DNA of 64,000 nt, taken from IMG/VR virus record IMGVR_UViG_2816332256_000001, positions 1 through 64,000 of that record; one strand, given 5' to 3'. Positions 18,188 to 27,909 of the stretch are shown here, piece by piece (positions within the stretch are counted from its first letter, which is position 1; each line of letters begins with the position of its first letter). Under the pieces are notes generated by a model, which worked only from the letters and a program-made list of their open reading frames with translations, did not search any database and was not told the origin of the DNA. The position numbers and the translations under genes are program-made. This stretch comes from a virus. Taxonomy: Duplodnaviria; Caudoviricetes.

Positions 18188-20015
18188 ATTTCAACTCAAA
18201 GCGCTGATTACCGGCGTCGACCAGCTGTCGCCGGCATTGACCGGCATCCGGAAGAACATCGCGAAGTTTCGCCGCGGACTGAAGGACGACGGCCTCGGCA
18301 ATATCGGCTTCAAGGATCTGCTCTCGGGCGGCGCCATTGCCGCACCGATGATCGCGGCAACGAAGGCGGCGATCGACTTCGAGTCGTCGATGGCCGACGT
18401 GCGCAAGGTCGTCAATTTCGATACGCCGAAGCAGTTCGCGGAGATGTCGACCGACATTCTCAGCCTGTCAAAGCAGCTTCCGATGGCCGCGGCCGACATC
18501 GCCAAGATTGCGGCGGCCGGCGGGCAGGCCGGCATCGGTCGCAGCGAGCTGCCGAAATTTGCCGCCGATGCCGTGAAGATGGGCGTGGCGTTCGACCAGT
18601 CTGCCGACGAGGCCGGGCAGATGATGGCGACCTGGCGCACGGCGTTCAAGATGGGACAGGACCAGGTCGTCGATCTGGCCGACAAGATCAACTATCTCGG
18701 CAACACCGGGCCGGCGACGGCCGCGAAGATTTCCGAGGTGGTCACGCGGGTCGGGCCGCTCGGCAAGGTCGCGGGTCTTGCGTCGGGGCCGCTTGCGGCG
18801 CTCGGCGCGACGCTGATCGGTGTCGGCGTGCAGCAGGACGTCGCGTCGACGGGCATCAAGAATTTCATGCTGACGCTCGCATCGGGGGCAGCGGCGACCA
18901 AGCAGCAACAGCAGACGTTCAAGGCGCTGCGGCTGAATGCGAAAGCGGTCGCGGCCGGCCTGCAGCAAGACGCGCAGGGCACGATGGTCAAGGTGCTCAC
19001 GGCGGTCAGCAAGGTCAAGCCGGACAAACAGGCGGCCGTGCTGCAGGAACTGTTCGGGAAGGAGTCGATCGAGGCGATCGCGCCGCTGCTGACGAATCTC
19101 GACTTGCTGCAGAAGAACCTGCAGAAGGTCGGCGACAAGACGCAGTATGCCGGCTCGATGAACCAGGAGTATGCGTCGCGCGCGGCGACCACGGCGAACA
19201 ACCTGCAGCTGCTGCAGAACCGGGTCACTGCGGTGGCGATCAGCGTGGGCAGTGTGCTGCTGCCGCCGCTGAACCAGTTTCTCGGCTTCATCGCGCCGCT
19301 GATCGAGAACGTGCAGCAGCTCGCGCAGGCGCATCCCGGATTGATCAAGGGCGTGCTGGGCGCCGCTGCCGCGTTCGCCGCCTTGCGGCTGACGGTGTGG
19401 GCGGCGACGGGCGTGTTCAAGGCGTTCATGGCGTTCACCAACCTGACGCCGATCGGCATTGCCGTCCGGTTGATCGCCCTCGCGGCGGGGTTCCTGCTCG
19501 CGAACTGGTCGACGGTCGGTCCGTTCTTCTCGAATCTATGGAACGGCGTGCTGTCCGTCTCGAAAACGGTATTCGGCTGGCTAACGGACGTGTTCCTCAA
19601 CTTCACGCCGCTCGGGCTGATCATCAAGAACTGGGAGCCGATCGTCGACTGGTTCAGGCAGCTATGGGATCGCATCAAGCCCTATGTCCAGCCGCTGATC
19701 GACGGTGCCGCATGGCTCGGTCAAAAGCCGGGTTCGGGTGGAAGTGTGCCGGCAGCGTCGCTCGCCACGCCGGGCGGTGGCGGAACGGCCGCGCCGGCAT
19801 GGGGCGCGTCGCTGCCGTCTCAGCCGGGCGCGGCCAGTGTGCGTGACTGGTCACAGTCGGTCCCGCAGCAGGCCGCTGGTCAGCAGAAATTCAGCGGCGC
19901 ACTGACCGTGCGTTTCGACAATCCGCCGCCGGGGCTGCGCGTCGACCAGGCGCGCGGCACGCAGGGGCTGACGATCACGCCACAGGTGGGCTATCGCTCG
20001 CTCGCGGGAGGCTAA
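18177..20015 (+). CDS. Tail tape measure protein
   Basis: AAIDFESSMADVRKV TP901-like core; Ala/Gly-rich helical; hydrophobic segment. Confidence 0.9.
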   Translation: MADKFQLKALITGVDQLSPALTGIRKNIAKFRRGLKDDGLGNIGFKDLLSGGAIAAPMIAATKAAIDFESSMADVRKVVNFDTPKQFAEMSTDILSLSKQLPMAAADIAKIAAAGGQAGIGRSELPKFAADAVKMGVAFDQSADEAGQMMATWRTAFKMGQDQVVDLADKINYLGNTGPATAAKISEVVTRVGPLGKVAGLASGPLAALGATLIGVGVQQDVASTGIKNFMLTLASGAAATKQQQQTFKALRLNAKAVAAGLQQDAQGTMVKVLTAVSKVKPDKQAAVLQELFGKESIEAIAPLLTNLDLLQKNLQKVGDKTQYAGSMNQEYASRAATTANNLQLLQNRVTAVAISVGSVLLPPLNQFLGFIAPLIENVQQLAQAHPGLIKGVLGAAAAFAALRLTVWAATGVFKAFMAFTNLTPIGIAVRLIALAAGFLLANWSTVGPFFSNLWNGVLSVSKTVFGWLTDVFLNFTPLGLIIKNWEPIVDWFRQLWDRIKPYVQPLIDGAAWLGQKPGSGGSVPAASLATPGGGGTAAPAWGASLPSQPGAASVRDWSQSVPQQAAGQQKFSGALTVRFDNPPPGLRVDQARGTQGLTITPQVGYRSLAGG

Positions 20016-21302
20016 ATGACTACATGGCGCGACAGGCTGCAGCCGGCGTCGTTCCGCGGTGTGCCGTTCGACGTCGAGGCCGATTCGATCGGCGTCGGCC
20101 GGCGCACCCAGACGCATGAATTCGTCAATCGCGACAAGCCGTATGTCGAGGATCTCGGGCGTGCGACGCGCGAGCCGAACCTGACGGGCTTCCTCGTCGG
20201 CGACGATTGTTTCGAGCAGGCCGACCGCCTGATCGCGGCATTCGAGGCCGAGGGGCCGGCCGAGCTGGTGCATCCGTGGCTCGGCCGCATGAAGGTCAGC
20301 ATCGTCGGAAAGTCGACCTTCAAGCGCGATCGGCGCGAGGGCGGCGTCATCCGCTTCGATGCATCGTACGTCGAAGCGGGTGAGCTGTCGTTTCCGGCGA
20401 CGACGGCCAACACGTCACAGCAGGTGGCGAGCGCGGCGGACGCAATGAAGGCTGCGTCGAAAAGTAACTTTGCGACGCTGCTGGAACGCGTCAATGCGGC
20501 GCGCGTCGGCATCGCGTCGTACATGGCGACGGCGTCGCGGCTGTATTCGGCGTTCAGCGACCAGCTGTCTCCGTTCGTGGACCTGTTTACCGACGCGGCT
20601 GACTTCGCCCGCCAGCTGATCAATGCGCCGTCGTTCATCGCGGAGGAGCTGTTCAGCGCGCTGGACGCCGTGAAGTATTCATTCACCGGCACGGCGTCGG
20701 CGTTGGCGTCGGTCGGTGGGCTGCTGTCCGGTATCCGGGGGCTCGACGATGGCCCGGCCGCGCAAGGCGCGGATGCGCTTGCGCTGCAGGGCGCGACCGT
20801 GCAGCTGGCGCAGGATGCGCTGCTGATCGATGCCATGCGCACGCTCGCGACCGTCGACGTGCCGGTTGTCGATGCGGGCACGCCGGTCACGCCACGCGAT
20901 CCGGTCTCGGTGGTGGGCGTGGGATCGCAAACCGGGACACCCGCCGTCGAGTACGACGAGGCTGGTGACGCGATTGTCCCGGTCGATACGCCGGTCGTTG
21001 ACGACGTGATCGCCGTGCGCGACGGCGCGAGCGACCTGATCTGGGACATGGGGCTCGATACCTCGTACGAGCGGTTTCAGGCGCTGACGGGGGCGCGGCA
21101 GGCGATCGTGCGGCACCTCAATGCCATCGCGAAGAACGGCGTGCGGATCGTCACGATCCAGCCGCTGGAGCCGACCGCGTCGCTGGTGCTCGCGTATCGG
21201 CGCTACGGTGACGCGACGCGGGCCGATGAAGTCGTGGCGCGTAATCGCGTTCGACACCCCGGCTTCGTGCCGGCGACTGAATTGCAGATGGCGGAGCGAT
21301 AG
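20016..21302 (+). CDS. DNA circularization protein (Mu gpN-like)
   Basis: WRDRLQPASFRGVPF, LVHPWLG, IRHPGFVP-like C-terminus. Confidence 0.9.
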   Translation: MTTWRDRLQPASFRGVPFDVEADSIGVGRRTQTHEFVNRDKPYVEDLGRATREPNLTGFLVGDDCFEQADRLIAAFEAEGPAELVHPWLGRMKVSIVGKSTFKRDRREGGVIRFDASYVEAGELSFPATTANTSQQVASAADAMKAASKSNFATLLERVNAARVGIASYMATASRLYSAFSDQLSPFVDLFTDAADFARQLINAPSFIAEELFSALDAVKYSFTGTASALASVGGLLSGIRGLDDGPAAQGADALALQGATVQLAQDALLIDAMRTLATVDVPVVDAGTPVTPRDPVSVVGVGSQTGTPAVEYDEAGDAIVPVDTPVVDDVIAVRDGASDLIWDMGLDTSYERFQALTGARQAIVRHLNAIAKNGVRIVTIQPLEPTASLVLAYRRYGDATRADEVVARNRVRHPGFVPATELQMAER

Positions 21303-21305
21303 CGG

Positions 21306-22418
21306 ATGGCCGAGGCAAACGAAATCGCGACGCTGAGCGTCAATGGCCGGAACTATGGGGGCTGGAAGTCGGTGTCGATCGGCGCCGGCATCGAGCGCTG
21401 CTCGCGCGACTTCAACCTGTCGGTGACGTGGAAATGGCCGGGGCAGTCCACCGCGATCGGCATCCATCAGGGCGATCGGGCCGAGGTGCGCATCGGCAAC
21501 GACCTGGTGCTGACCGGCTGGGTCTATGCGACGCCGATTCGCCATGACGCATCGGCGATCGAGTTGTCGGTGTCAGGGCGCTCGATCACGTCGGATCTCG
21601 TCGACTGCGCGGCGGACAACAAACCGGGCCAGTGGCGCAACCAGACGGTCGCACAGATCGTCAGCGCGCTGGTGGCCCCGTACGGCATCACGGTGATCGA
21701 CCAGACCGGGGATAGCGGCACGCTCGCGGATCACACGATCCAGCCGGGCGAGACGATTTTCGAGTCGATTGACCGGCTGCTGACGCTGTCGCACCTGTTT
21801 GCGACCGATGACGGTCGCGGCCGGCTGATCATCGCGAACCCGGGCAGCGCGGGGCGGGCGGTGGACCGCCTGGTGGTCGGCGAGAACGTGCTGAGCGGCG
21901 ATGCGCCGCTGGATTTCTCGGGCGTGTTCTCCGAGTACAAGTGCAAGGGGCAGCACGTCGGCAGCGACGATGCGTTCGGTGCCGATACGAGCGAGGTGTC
22001 GGCGAGCGTCACGGACGCCCGTGTCCGGCGCAAGCGCGTGAAGGTCATCCAGGAGTCGGGAAACATCACGGCGTCGATCGCGCAGGGGCGGGTCCAGTGG
22101 GAGCGCGACAACCGGATCAGCAAGGCGCTTGCGACCACGTACGGCGTGCAGGGCTGGCGCCAGTCGAACGGCCGGCTCTGGATCCCGAACCAGACCGTGC
22201 GGGTGGTCGATCCGATCATCGGCTTCGATCGAGACATGCTGATCGTCGAGGCGACCTATGTGAAAGGCGAGCAGGGAACGACCACGACCATGAAAGTGGC
22301 GCCGCCGGACGGCTACATGCCGGAGCCGGACGATCCGCACAAGCGGCGCAAGCTGAAGAAAGGCAAGAAGGGCGACAACTTCGAATACCTGTTGCCTGCT
22401 GACTGGGAGAAAAACTGA
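21306..22418 (+). CDS. Baseplate hub (Mu gpP/gp44-like)
   Basis: YGGWKSVSI, GRSITSDLVDC, VQGWRQSNGRLW.PN. Confidence 0.88.
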   Translation: MAEANEIATLSVNGRNYGGWKSVSIGAGIERCSRDFNLSVTWKWPGQSTAIGIHQGDRAEVRIGNDLVLTGWVYATPIRHDASAIELSVSGRSITSDLVDCAADNKPGQWRNQTVAQIVSALVAPYGITVIDQTGDSGTLADHTIQPGETIFESIDRLLTLSHLFATDDGRGRLIIANPGSAGRAVDRLVVGENVLSGDAPLDFSGVFSEYKCKGQHVGSDDAFGADTSEVSASVTDARVRRKRVKVIQESGNITASIAQGRVQWERDNRISKALATTYGVQGWRQSNGRLWIPNQTVRVVDPIIGFDRDMLIVEATYVKGEQGTTTTMKVAPPDGYMPEPDDPHKRRKLKKGKKGDNFEYLLPADWEKN

Positions 22419-22969
22419 TGCATGCGCGAGAGATGGCGCAACGGATCATGGGCACGCTGGTGCGCTGCACGGTCAAGCTCGTGAATTCGGGCGCGAAGAT
22501 GCAGTCGCTGCAGTTGGGGCTACTGTCGGACGAACCCAAGGATGCGATGGAGCACTTCGAGCCGTATGGCTTCACGTCGCGTCCGAAGGCCGGTGCGGAA
22601 GGCGTGGCCGGCTTCTTCGGCGGCGACCGCTCGCACGGCGTGGTGCTGGTGGTCGCCGATCGCCGTTACCGGCTGACGGGGCTGGCCGAGGGCGAGGTCG
22701 CGATCTACACCGACGAGGGCGCGAAGATCGTGATGAAGCGCGGGCGGGTGATCGACGTCGAGTGTGACGAATATCGCGTCGTGACGAAGCACTACAGCGT
22801 GACTGCGGACGCGTACGACGTGACCGCGCAGGCGGCGTCGATCGACGCCGATCACGCGTCGTCGACGTGCCCGATCACCGCACCTGACGTCGTGCTCGAC
22901 GGCAAGAGCATGGTCGTGCATCACCACCTCGAGCACGACGGGCCGCCGACCGGAGGGCCGCTGTCATGA
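22418..22969 (+). CDS. Baseplate spike (Mu gp45-like)
   Basis: EHFEPYGFTSRP, GEVAIY, C-terminal H.H.H metal-binding tip. Confidence 0.88.
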   Translation: MHAREMAQRIMGTLVRCTVKLVNSGAKMQSLQLGLLSDEPKDAMEHFEPYGFTSRPKAGAEGVAGFFGGDRSHGVVLVVADRRYRLTGLAEGEVAIYTDEGAKIVMKRGRVIDVECDEYRVVTKHYSVTADAYDVTAQAASIDADHASSTCPITAPDVVLDGKSMVVHHHLEHDGPPTGGPLS

Positions 22970-23370
22970 CGGTGCTGGCTGACACCGAGCGCGCGGCGCT
23001 GCTCGAGCGGGCCGTGAACATCAGCCTCTTCACGTGGCGCCGTGCGGAGCCGACCGACCAGCTCGACGACGACAACCGGGAGGGCTGGTGGGGCGACAGC
23101 TTCCCGGCGCTGGATAACGATCGGACCGGCTCGCGGCTCTGGTTGCTGCGCCGGCGCAAGCTCGATGCGCAGGCCGTGGCCGATGCGCAGCAGTATGCGG
23201 CCGAAGCCTTGCAGTGGCTGGTGGACGATGGCTTGGCGGCATCGGTGTCGGCGCTGGCGACGCGCACCGAGATGGATGCGATGCGGCTCGTCGTCACGCT
23301 GATCGACGCGTCGGGCGCTCAACTCCGATTTACCTTCGACAACATCTGGCAGGTGATCCATGCCGTTTGA
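22966..23370 (+). CDS. Baseplate wedge (Mu gp46-like)
   Basis: ISLFTWRRA...GWWGD...GSRLWLLRR.K. Confidence 0.88.
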   Translation: MTVLADTERAALLERAVNISLFTWRRAEPTDQLDDDNREGWWGDSFPALDNDRTGSRLWLLRRRKLDAQAVADAQQYAAEALQWLVDDGLAASVSALATRTEMDAMRLVVTLIDASGAQLRFTFDNIWQVIHAV

Positions 23371-24412
23371 CGTTCCTACCTTGCCGACGCTGATTCAGCG
23401 CGCGGTTTCCGATCTCGCTGGCAGCGCATCGGATGCGCTGCGGCGATCCGACGCCCAGGTGCTTGCGCGCGTGCATTCGGGCGCCACGCATCTCGGTTAC
23501 GGCTACCTGAAGTGGATTTCGAAGCAGCTGTTTCCGGACGAGTGTGACGAGGACATGCTGATCCGGCAGGCGAATCTGCGGTTGCGTGCCGGTCGCAAAG
23601 CGGCACAGGCGGCGACCGGGCTGGTCGGCGTGACCGGCCAGCCGCGCGCACCGGTCGGCGCGGATGCGTTGCTGCAGACGGCTGACCAGATCCAGTACAG
23701 GACGACGGCGGACACCACGCTCGATGCGAACGGCACGGGGGCGGTATTGGTGCGGGCCGTCGTGCCGGGCAAGGCCGGCAATCTGGATGGCGGGACGCGG
23801 CTCACGTTCGTATCGCCGGTCGACGGCGTGTCGAGCGACGCCGTGGTGTCGGCCGCCGGCATTCGCGGCGGCAGCGATATCGAGTCGATCGACGAATTGC
23901 GCAAGCGGGTCAAGGCCTCGTACCGGCGCACGCCAATGGGTGGCAACGGCGACGACTACGAGGACTGGGCGCTGGAGGTGCCGGGTGTGACGCGCGCGTG
24001 GGTGCGGCGTCGCTACATGGGGCCGGGCACGGTGGCCGTGTTCTTCATGCGGGATGACGACGACGATCCGTTCCCGGGTGAACCGGAGATCGCCGCCGCG
24101 ACCGCGCATATCGAGGCACAGCGACCGCTCGGCGCCGAGTTGTATGTGCTGGCGCCCGTGGACCGGCCGGTCAAGTACCGGATCCGGCTGTCACCGGACA
24201 CGGCGACGACGCGTGCCGCGGTGATCGCGTCACTGAAGGATCTGCATGCGCGCGAGGCGGATCTGGGTGTGACGTTTCTGCGCAGCCATATCGACGAAAC
24301 GATCAGCACCACGGCCGGCGAGACCGATCACGACCTGGTCGAGCCGGCCGTGAGCGTCGAGCTGGCGGTCAATGAGCTGCCGACATTCGGGGGCGTCGCA
24401 TGGGTGACGTGA
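23360..24412 (+). CDS. Baseplate J-like (Mu gp47)
   Basis: GGSDIESIDELR, DYEDWALEVPGVTRAWV. Confidence 0.9.
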   Translation: MPFDVPTLPTLIQRAVSDLAGSASDALRRSDAQVLARVHSGATHLGYGYLKWISKQLFPDECDEDMLIRQANLRLRAGRKAAQAATGLVGVTGQPRAPVGADALLQTADQIQYRTTADTTLDANGTGAVLVRAVVPGKAGNLDGGTRLTFVSPVDGVSSDAVVSAAGIRGGSDIESIDELRKRVKASYRRTPMGGNGDDYEDWALEVPGVTRAWVRRRYMGPGTVAVFFMRDDDDDPFPGEPEIAAATAHIEAQRPLGAELYVLAPVDRPVKYRIRLSPDTATTRAAVIASLKDLHAREADLGVTFLRSHIDETISTTAGETDHDLVEPAVSVELAVNELPTFGGVAWVT

Positions 24413-25002
24413 GAACGGCAAGCGACTACCTCGCGCAGCTGCGCCAGCTGTTGCCGCCGGGGCCGGCGTGGGACGTCGAGCTTGCGGCCGACGTCGACGC
24501 GGTGCTGCGCGGCTTGTCGGGCGAGTTCGCGCGGCTCGACGCCCGCGCGAGCGATCTGCTGAACGAGATCGATCCGGCGACGATGCGCGAGCTGGTGCCC
24601 GACTACGAGCGCGTGATGGCGCTTCCGGATCCGTGCCTCGGCGACGCGCCGACGTTCGACGCCAGAAAGAAGGCGGTGATCCGGCGACTGGTTGGAATGG
24701 GCGGGCAGAACGCGGCGTTTTTTGTCGGCGTCGCGGTCGAGCAGGGCTATCCCGACGCGTACGTCGTCGAGCATCGCGCGCCGCGTTTTGGCCGCTCGCG
24801 GTTTGGCGTCGCGCGGTTCGGGACATGGGCGGCGCAGTTCTTCTGGGAGATGCATCTCGGTGCGCGGCGGCTGGGCGGCGCCCGGTTCGGCGTGACGCAT
24901 TTTTCGGAGCGGTTCGGCAGCAACCCGAATAGCGGGATCGAGTGCCTGGTGCAGCGATGGATGCCGGCGCACACCGTGGTTGATTTCAAATACGGCGATT
25001 GA
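24400..25002 (+). CDS. Baseplate protein (Mu gp48/YmfQ-like)
   Basis: QLLPPGPAW, ELVPDYERVMALPD, IECLVQRWMPAHT. Confidence 0.88.
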   Translation: MGDVRTASDYLAQLRQLLPPGPAWDVELAADVDAVLRGLSGEFARLDARASDLLNEIDPATMRELVPDYERVMALPDPCLGDAPTFDARKKAVIRRLVGMGGQNAAFFVGVAVEQGYPDAYVVEHRAPRFGRSRFGVARFGTWAAQFFWEMHLGARRLGGARFGVTHFSERFGSNPNSGIECLVQRWMPAHTVVDFKYGD

Positions 25003-25011
25003 GGGGGGTTC

Positions 25012-25791
25012 ATGGATTTTCCACGTGCGGATGACGTCGGGCTCGTTAATGGCGAGTTCGTCGACGAGAACGCGGCGACGGGGCAGCCGGGGTCGTTGAT
25101 CCCGGCGCGGTGGGGTAATGCGGTCACGAAGGAATTGCTGGCGATTCAGGCTGCGGCGGGTATCGAGGCCGACGAGGCGGATACCTCTCAGGTGCTGCGG
25201 GCGCTCAATGGCCTTTTCCCGCGAATCTACAGCATCGCGCAATTGCCGACCAAGAATGCCGGCCCGGTCATGGTGGCGGAGGTCGGGGAGATCTGGACGT
25301 GGTCGGCAAGCGCGTGTTTCACGGGCTACCGTTCGCAGTTGTGCGGTGACCCACTTTTCAGCGCGCGCGCCACGCCGCTCGTCCAGCATCTGGACGCTGT
25401 CGGCGGCTCGGTTAGCAAGGCCGCCTATCCGGGCCTGTGGGGCTGGGCGCAGGAGCAAGGACTGGTTGTAACGGCTGCGAACTGGCTTGCTGGCACGCAC
25501 CACTTCGTGGACAACGGCGACGGCACGTTCAGGCTGCCCGATCTTCGCAACCAGTTTTTCCGGGCAACCGGAACTAACGCTGACACTACAAATGCTCGGG
25601 CCATCGGTTCAGATCAAGACGATTCCTTCAAATCTCACAATCACGGCATCACCGTTTCGTATACGGCGGCCGCAGGAGGTGTTGGCAACCTCATCGGTGG
25701 ATCGACTATTTCGGCGACCGCTATCGCAAGTGCTGGCGGTTCAGAAACCCGCGGTCAGAACGTAGCCTATGCACCTCGCATCCATATCTGA
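25012..25791 (+). CDS. Short tail fibre with collar domain, currently expressing cassette 1
   Basis: GEFVDEN..TGQPGSLIPA.W.N N-terminus; YPGLW...GDGTFRLPDLR collar motif; ends ETR..NVAYAPRIHI. Confidence 0.88.
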   Translation: MDFPRADDVGLVNGEFVDENAATGQPGSLIPARWGNAVTKELLAIQAAAGIEADEADTSQVLRALNGLFPRIYSIAQLPTKNAGPVMVAEVGEIWTWSASACFTGYRSQLCGDPLFSARATPLVQHLDAVGGSVSKAAYPGLWGWAQEQGLVVTAANWLAGTHHFVDNGDGTFRLPDLRNQFFRATGTNADTTNARAIGSDQDDSFKSHNHGITVSYTAAAGGVGNLIGGSTISATAIASAGGSETRGQNVAYAPRIHI

Positions 25792-25798
25792 CCGCTGC

Positions 25799-26071
25799 AC
25801 TACAAATGCACTGGTGCTGGGTTCGGGCCAAGCCGACGCTCTTCAGAGAATCGTCGGCAACTTGTTCCCGACGATTCTCGGGTCCTCCGGATCCTCAATT
25901 CAATCTAGTGGCGTGTTCCAGTTCATTAACCCATGGGAATTTCAGATTCCGCAGGGAGCGGGGGGCACGTGGACCGGAGCATTGACGAAATTCGACTCAT
26001 CGCTCGTCACGCGTGCGTCGCCCGAAACGCGCAGTACCAACACCGCTTACGCGCCTCGAATCCATATTTAA
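25799..26071 (+). other. Silent tail-fibre C-terminal cassette 2
   Basis: TTNALVLGSGQADAL...ETRSTNTAYAPRIHI*; paralogous to the fibre C-terminus; no own RBS or N-terminus. Confidence 0.85.
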
Positions 26072-26277
26072 ATGTGGATGCGCGGCGCATATGCGGTGTT
26101 GGTCGGTCTAGTTTCGGCGCCCCCAGCCGATCCGCTCTGCGTGGTCTGAGTGCTTTGCCATTGATTAGGTTGGCCACCGGAGGACGTGCCAGACCATGTG
26201 ATGTAAGAGGCGTAACCGTGGGTGTGCGCTCTAAACGCATCGGTTTGGGCTGAACCAATCACTCGCGCATTTGCAGT
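26068..26277 (-). other. Silent inverted tail-fibre C-terminal cassette 3
   Basis: TANARVIGSAQTDAF...ETRPTNTAYAPRIHI*; its stop overlaps the cassette 2 stop at TTAA 26068-26071. Confidence 0.85.
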
Positions 26278-26306
26278 GCAAGATTCATTAACTAATTGAG
26301 ATCGTT

Positions 26307-26669
26307 ATGAAAACGATGACGGTGTACCAAACGGACCACGACGGGTGCTATCTATACCCGGTGGTTGCAAACGAGCTGGCACTTCAGCCCGACAGCTTCA
26401 ACATTCCGTACGGGGCGGTGGAAACGGAGCCGCCGGAAGCTGCTTCGGGCACGGTTGCCCAATGGGCGGATGGCGCGTGGCAACTCGTGGCCGACAACCG
26501 CGGCACCGTGCTGTACGTTGCTGCGACCGGTGTGCAGTATGAGTTCGGCTGCACAGTCGAGATCGACAGTGCGAGCGTCAGCTACAACGGGCTCGGCCCG
26601 ATCCCTGCATGGCTGAGCGCAACCGCACCGGCGGCGCAGCCTGCTGCCGATGCCGGCGCAGTTGCATGA
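26307..26669 (+). CDS. Tail fibre assembly protein (Tfa-like)
   Basis: VYQTDHDG.Y...FNIPYGAVETEPP...W.LVADNRG. Confidence 0.8.
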   Translation: MKTMTVYQTDHDGCYLYPVVANELALQPDSFNIPYGAVETEPPEAASGTVAQWADGAWQLVADNRGTVLYVAATGVQYEFGCTVEIDSASVSYNGLGPIPAWLSATAPAAQPAADAGAVA

Positions 26670-26786
26670 CCCGGAGGCTTGCCGATTTCGCGAGTCACCA
26701 ATAGCTGGTGCTGTGCGGCGCAGCCTTGTTTGCTTCATAAAAATTCGTGATGGTCTCCGGCCGCGCGGGGATGCATTGCAGGAAAT

Positions 26787-26813
26787 AACGCCGCTGCTTC
26801 AAGCGGCGTTTTT
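26787..26813 (+). terminator. Intrinsic terminator-like hairpin before the lysis cassette
   Basis: AACGCCGCT-GCTTCA-AGCGGCGTT followed by TTT. Confidence 0.55.
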
Positions 26814-26831
26814 CGTTTACGGGGAGTGGGG

Positions 26832-27116
26832 ATGCAGGAACACGAAAAAACGTTTCTGGAGCTGATCGTCATGGGCGCTTTCATCGGTGTGGCAAAGCTG
26901 CTTGTCAGCAGCGAGCAGCTGACGTTCCGCGTGGTTGCCGGCCGCGCATTGCTCGGATCCGCGACATCGATGGTGGCGGGCGTTGCGTTGTTGCAGATCC
27001 CGGATCTGCCGCCGCTCGCGCTGCTCGGTATCGGCAGCGCGCTCGGCATTGTCGGCTCGCAGTACATCGAAATCCTACTGCGTCGAAAGACGAAGGCAAT
27101 TCTTGGGAAGGAGTAA
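26832..27116 (+). CDS. Holin
   Basis: 94 aa with 2-3 hydrophobic segments and a basic C-terminus; first lysis gene. Confidence 0.75.
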   Translation: MQEHEKTFLELIVMGAFIGVAKLLVSSEQLTFRVVAGRALLGSATSMVAGVALLQIPDLPPLALLGIGSALGIVGSQYIEILLRRKTKAILGKE

Positions 27117-27121
27117 GCCGT

Positions 27122-27358
27122 TTGAAGCTGAGATTGATTGACGATTGGCGCCAGGCGCACAAGCTCGCATCCGTGCGCGCTTCGAGCGTGCTGGCGTTCG
27201 CATTCGGGGCGGGGCCGGCGCTGCTCGACGCGTGGCGCCAGATTCCGGCCGACCTGAAGGATGCGCTCCCGCACGGCTGGGCGCGGTGGATCACAACTGC
27301 CGGCTTCGTGCTGGTGCTGCTGGCGCGGATGACGCGCGTGGAGAAGGCCGATGGCTGA
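27122..27358 (+). CDS. Second holin/antiholin-like membrane protein
   Basis: MKLRLIDDWRQAHKLASVR..., two TM segments; between holin and endolysin. Confidence 0.65.
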   Translation: MKLRLIDDWRQAHKLASVRASSVLAFAFGAGPALLDAWRQIPADLKDALPHGWARWITTAGFVLVLLARMTRVEKADG

Positions 27359-27848
27359 TGCGAAGAAGAAGACGCTCGTCGGGGTAGTAGGGGCCGCAAC
27401 TGCGGCCCTTTTATTTTCCTATGTCCCGCAGTTCGAGGGTGTCGTACACCGCGGGTATCTCGACCCGGTCGGCATTCCGACGAAATGCAGCGGCGATACG
27501 CACAACGTGGTTGTCGGCCGCGCCTACAGTGATGCCGAGTGCCGCGCGTCGCTCGAGCAGCAGCTGATCGGTCATGCCGAGCCGGTGCTGAGGTGCACGC
27601 CGGTCCTGCAGGGCCATACGTACCAGCTCGCAGCCGCAGTGAGCTTCGCCTACAACGTCGGCACCGGTGCGTACTGCGCCAGTTCGACGGCACGCCGATT
27701 CAACGCGGGCGACTGGAAGGGCGCATGCAAGGCGATCAACGAATCGGATGCCGGTAAGCCGCAATGGGTGACCGCGGCCGGTCGCGTGCTGCCCGGGCTG
27801 GTGAAACGGCGTGCTGACGAGCGCGCGCTATGCGAAAGGGGGCTGTGA
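27351..27848 (+). CDS. GH24 lysozyme (SAR-type endolysin)
   Basis: N-terminal weakly hydrophobic Ala/Gly-rich SAR segment; FEG...YLDPVGIPT (E-X8-D-X5-T); GLVKRR. Confidence 0.92.
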   Translation: MADAKKKTLVGVVGAATAALLFSYVPQFEGVVHRGYLDPVGIPTKCSGDTHNVVVGRAYSDAECRASLEQQLIGHAEPVLRCTPVLQGHTYQLAAAVSFAYNVGTGAYCASSTARRFNAGDWKGACKAINESDAGKPQWVTAAGRVLPGLVKRRADERALCERGL

Positions 27849-27909
27849 TGCTGACGATCGCCATTCTGTGCCGATTGGCCGCGCGCTCGGCCGATGGGGA
27901 GGTGACGAC

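Larger units (their letters stand above)
25584..26278. repeat. Shufflon-like recombination sites CACTRCAAATGC (x3)
   Basis: 25584-25595 (+), 25798-25809 (+), 26267-26278 (-, one mismatch); each in the same codon phase relative to its cassette. Confidence 0.8.

Noticed and set aside
25584-26278. Tail-fibre cassettes as a diversity-generating retroelement (TR/VR)
   Set aside because: No reverse transcriptase in the window; differences are not adenine-specific; the cassettes differ in length and orientation.
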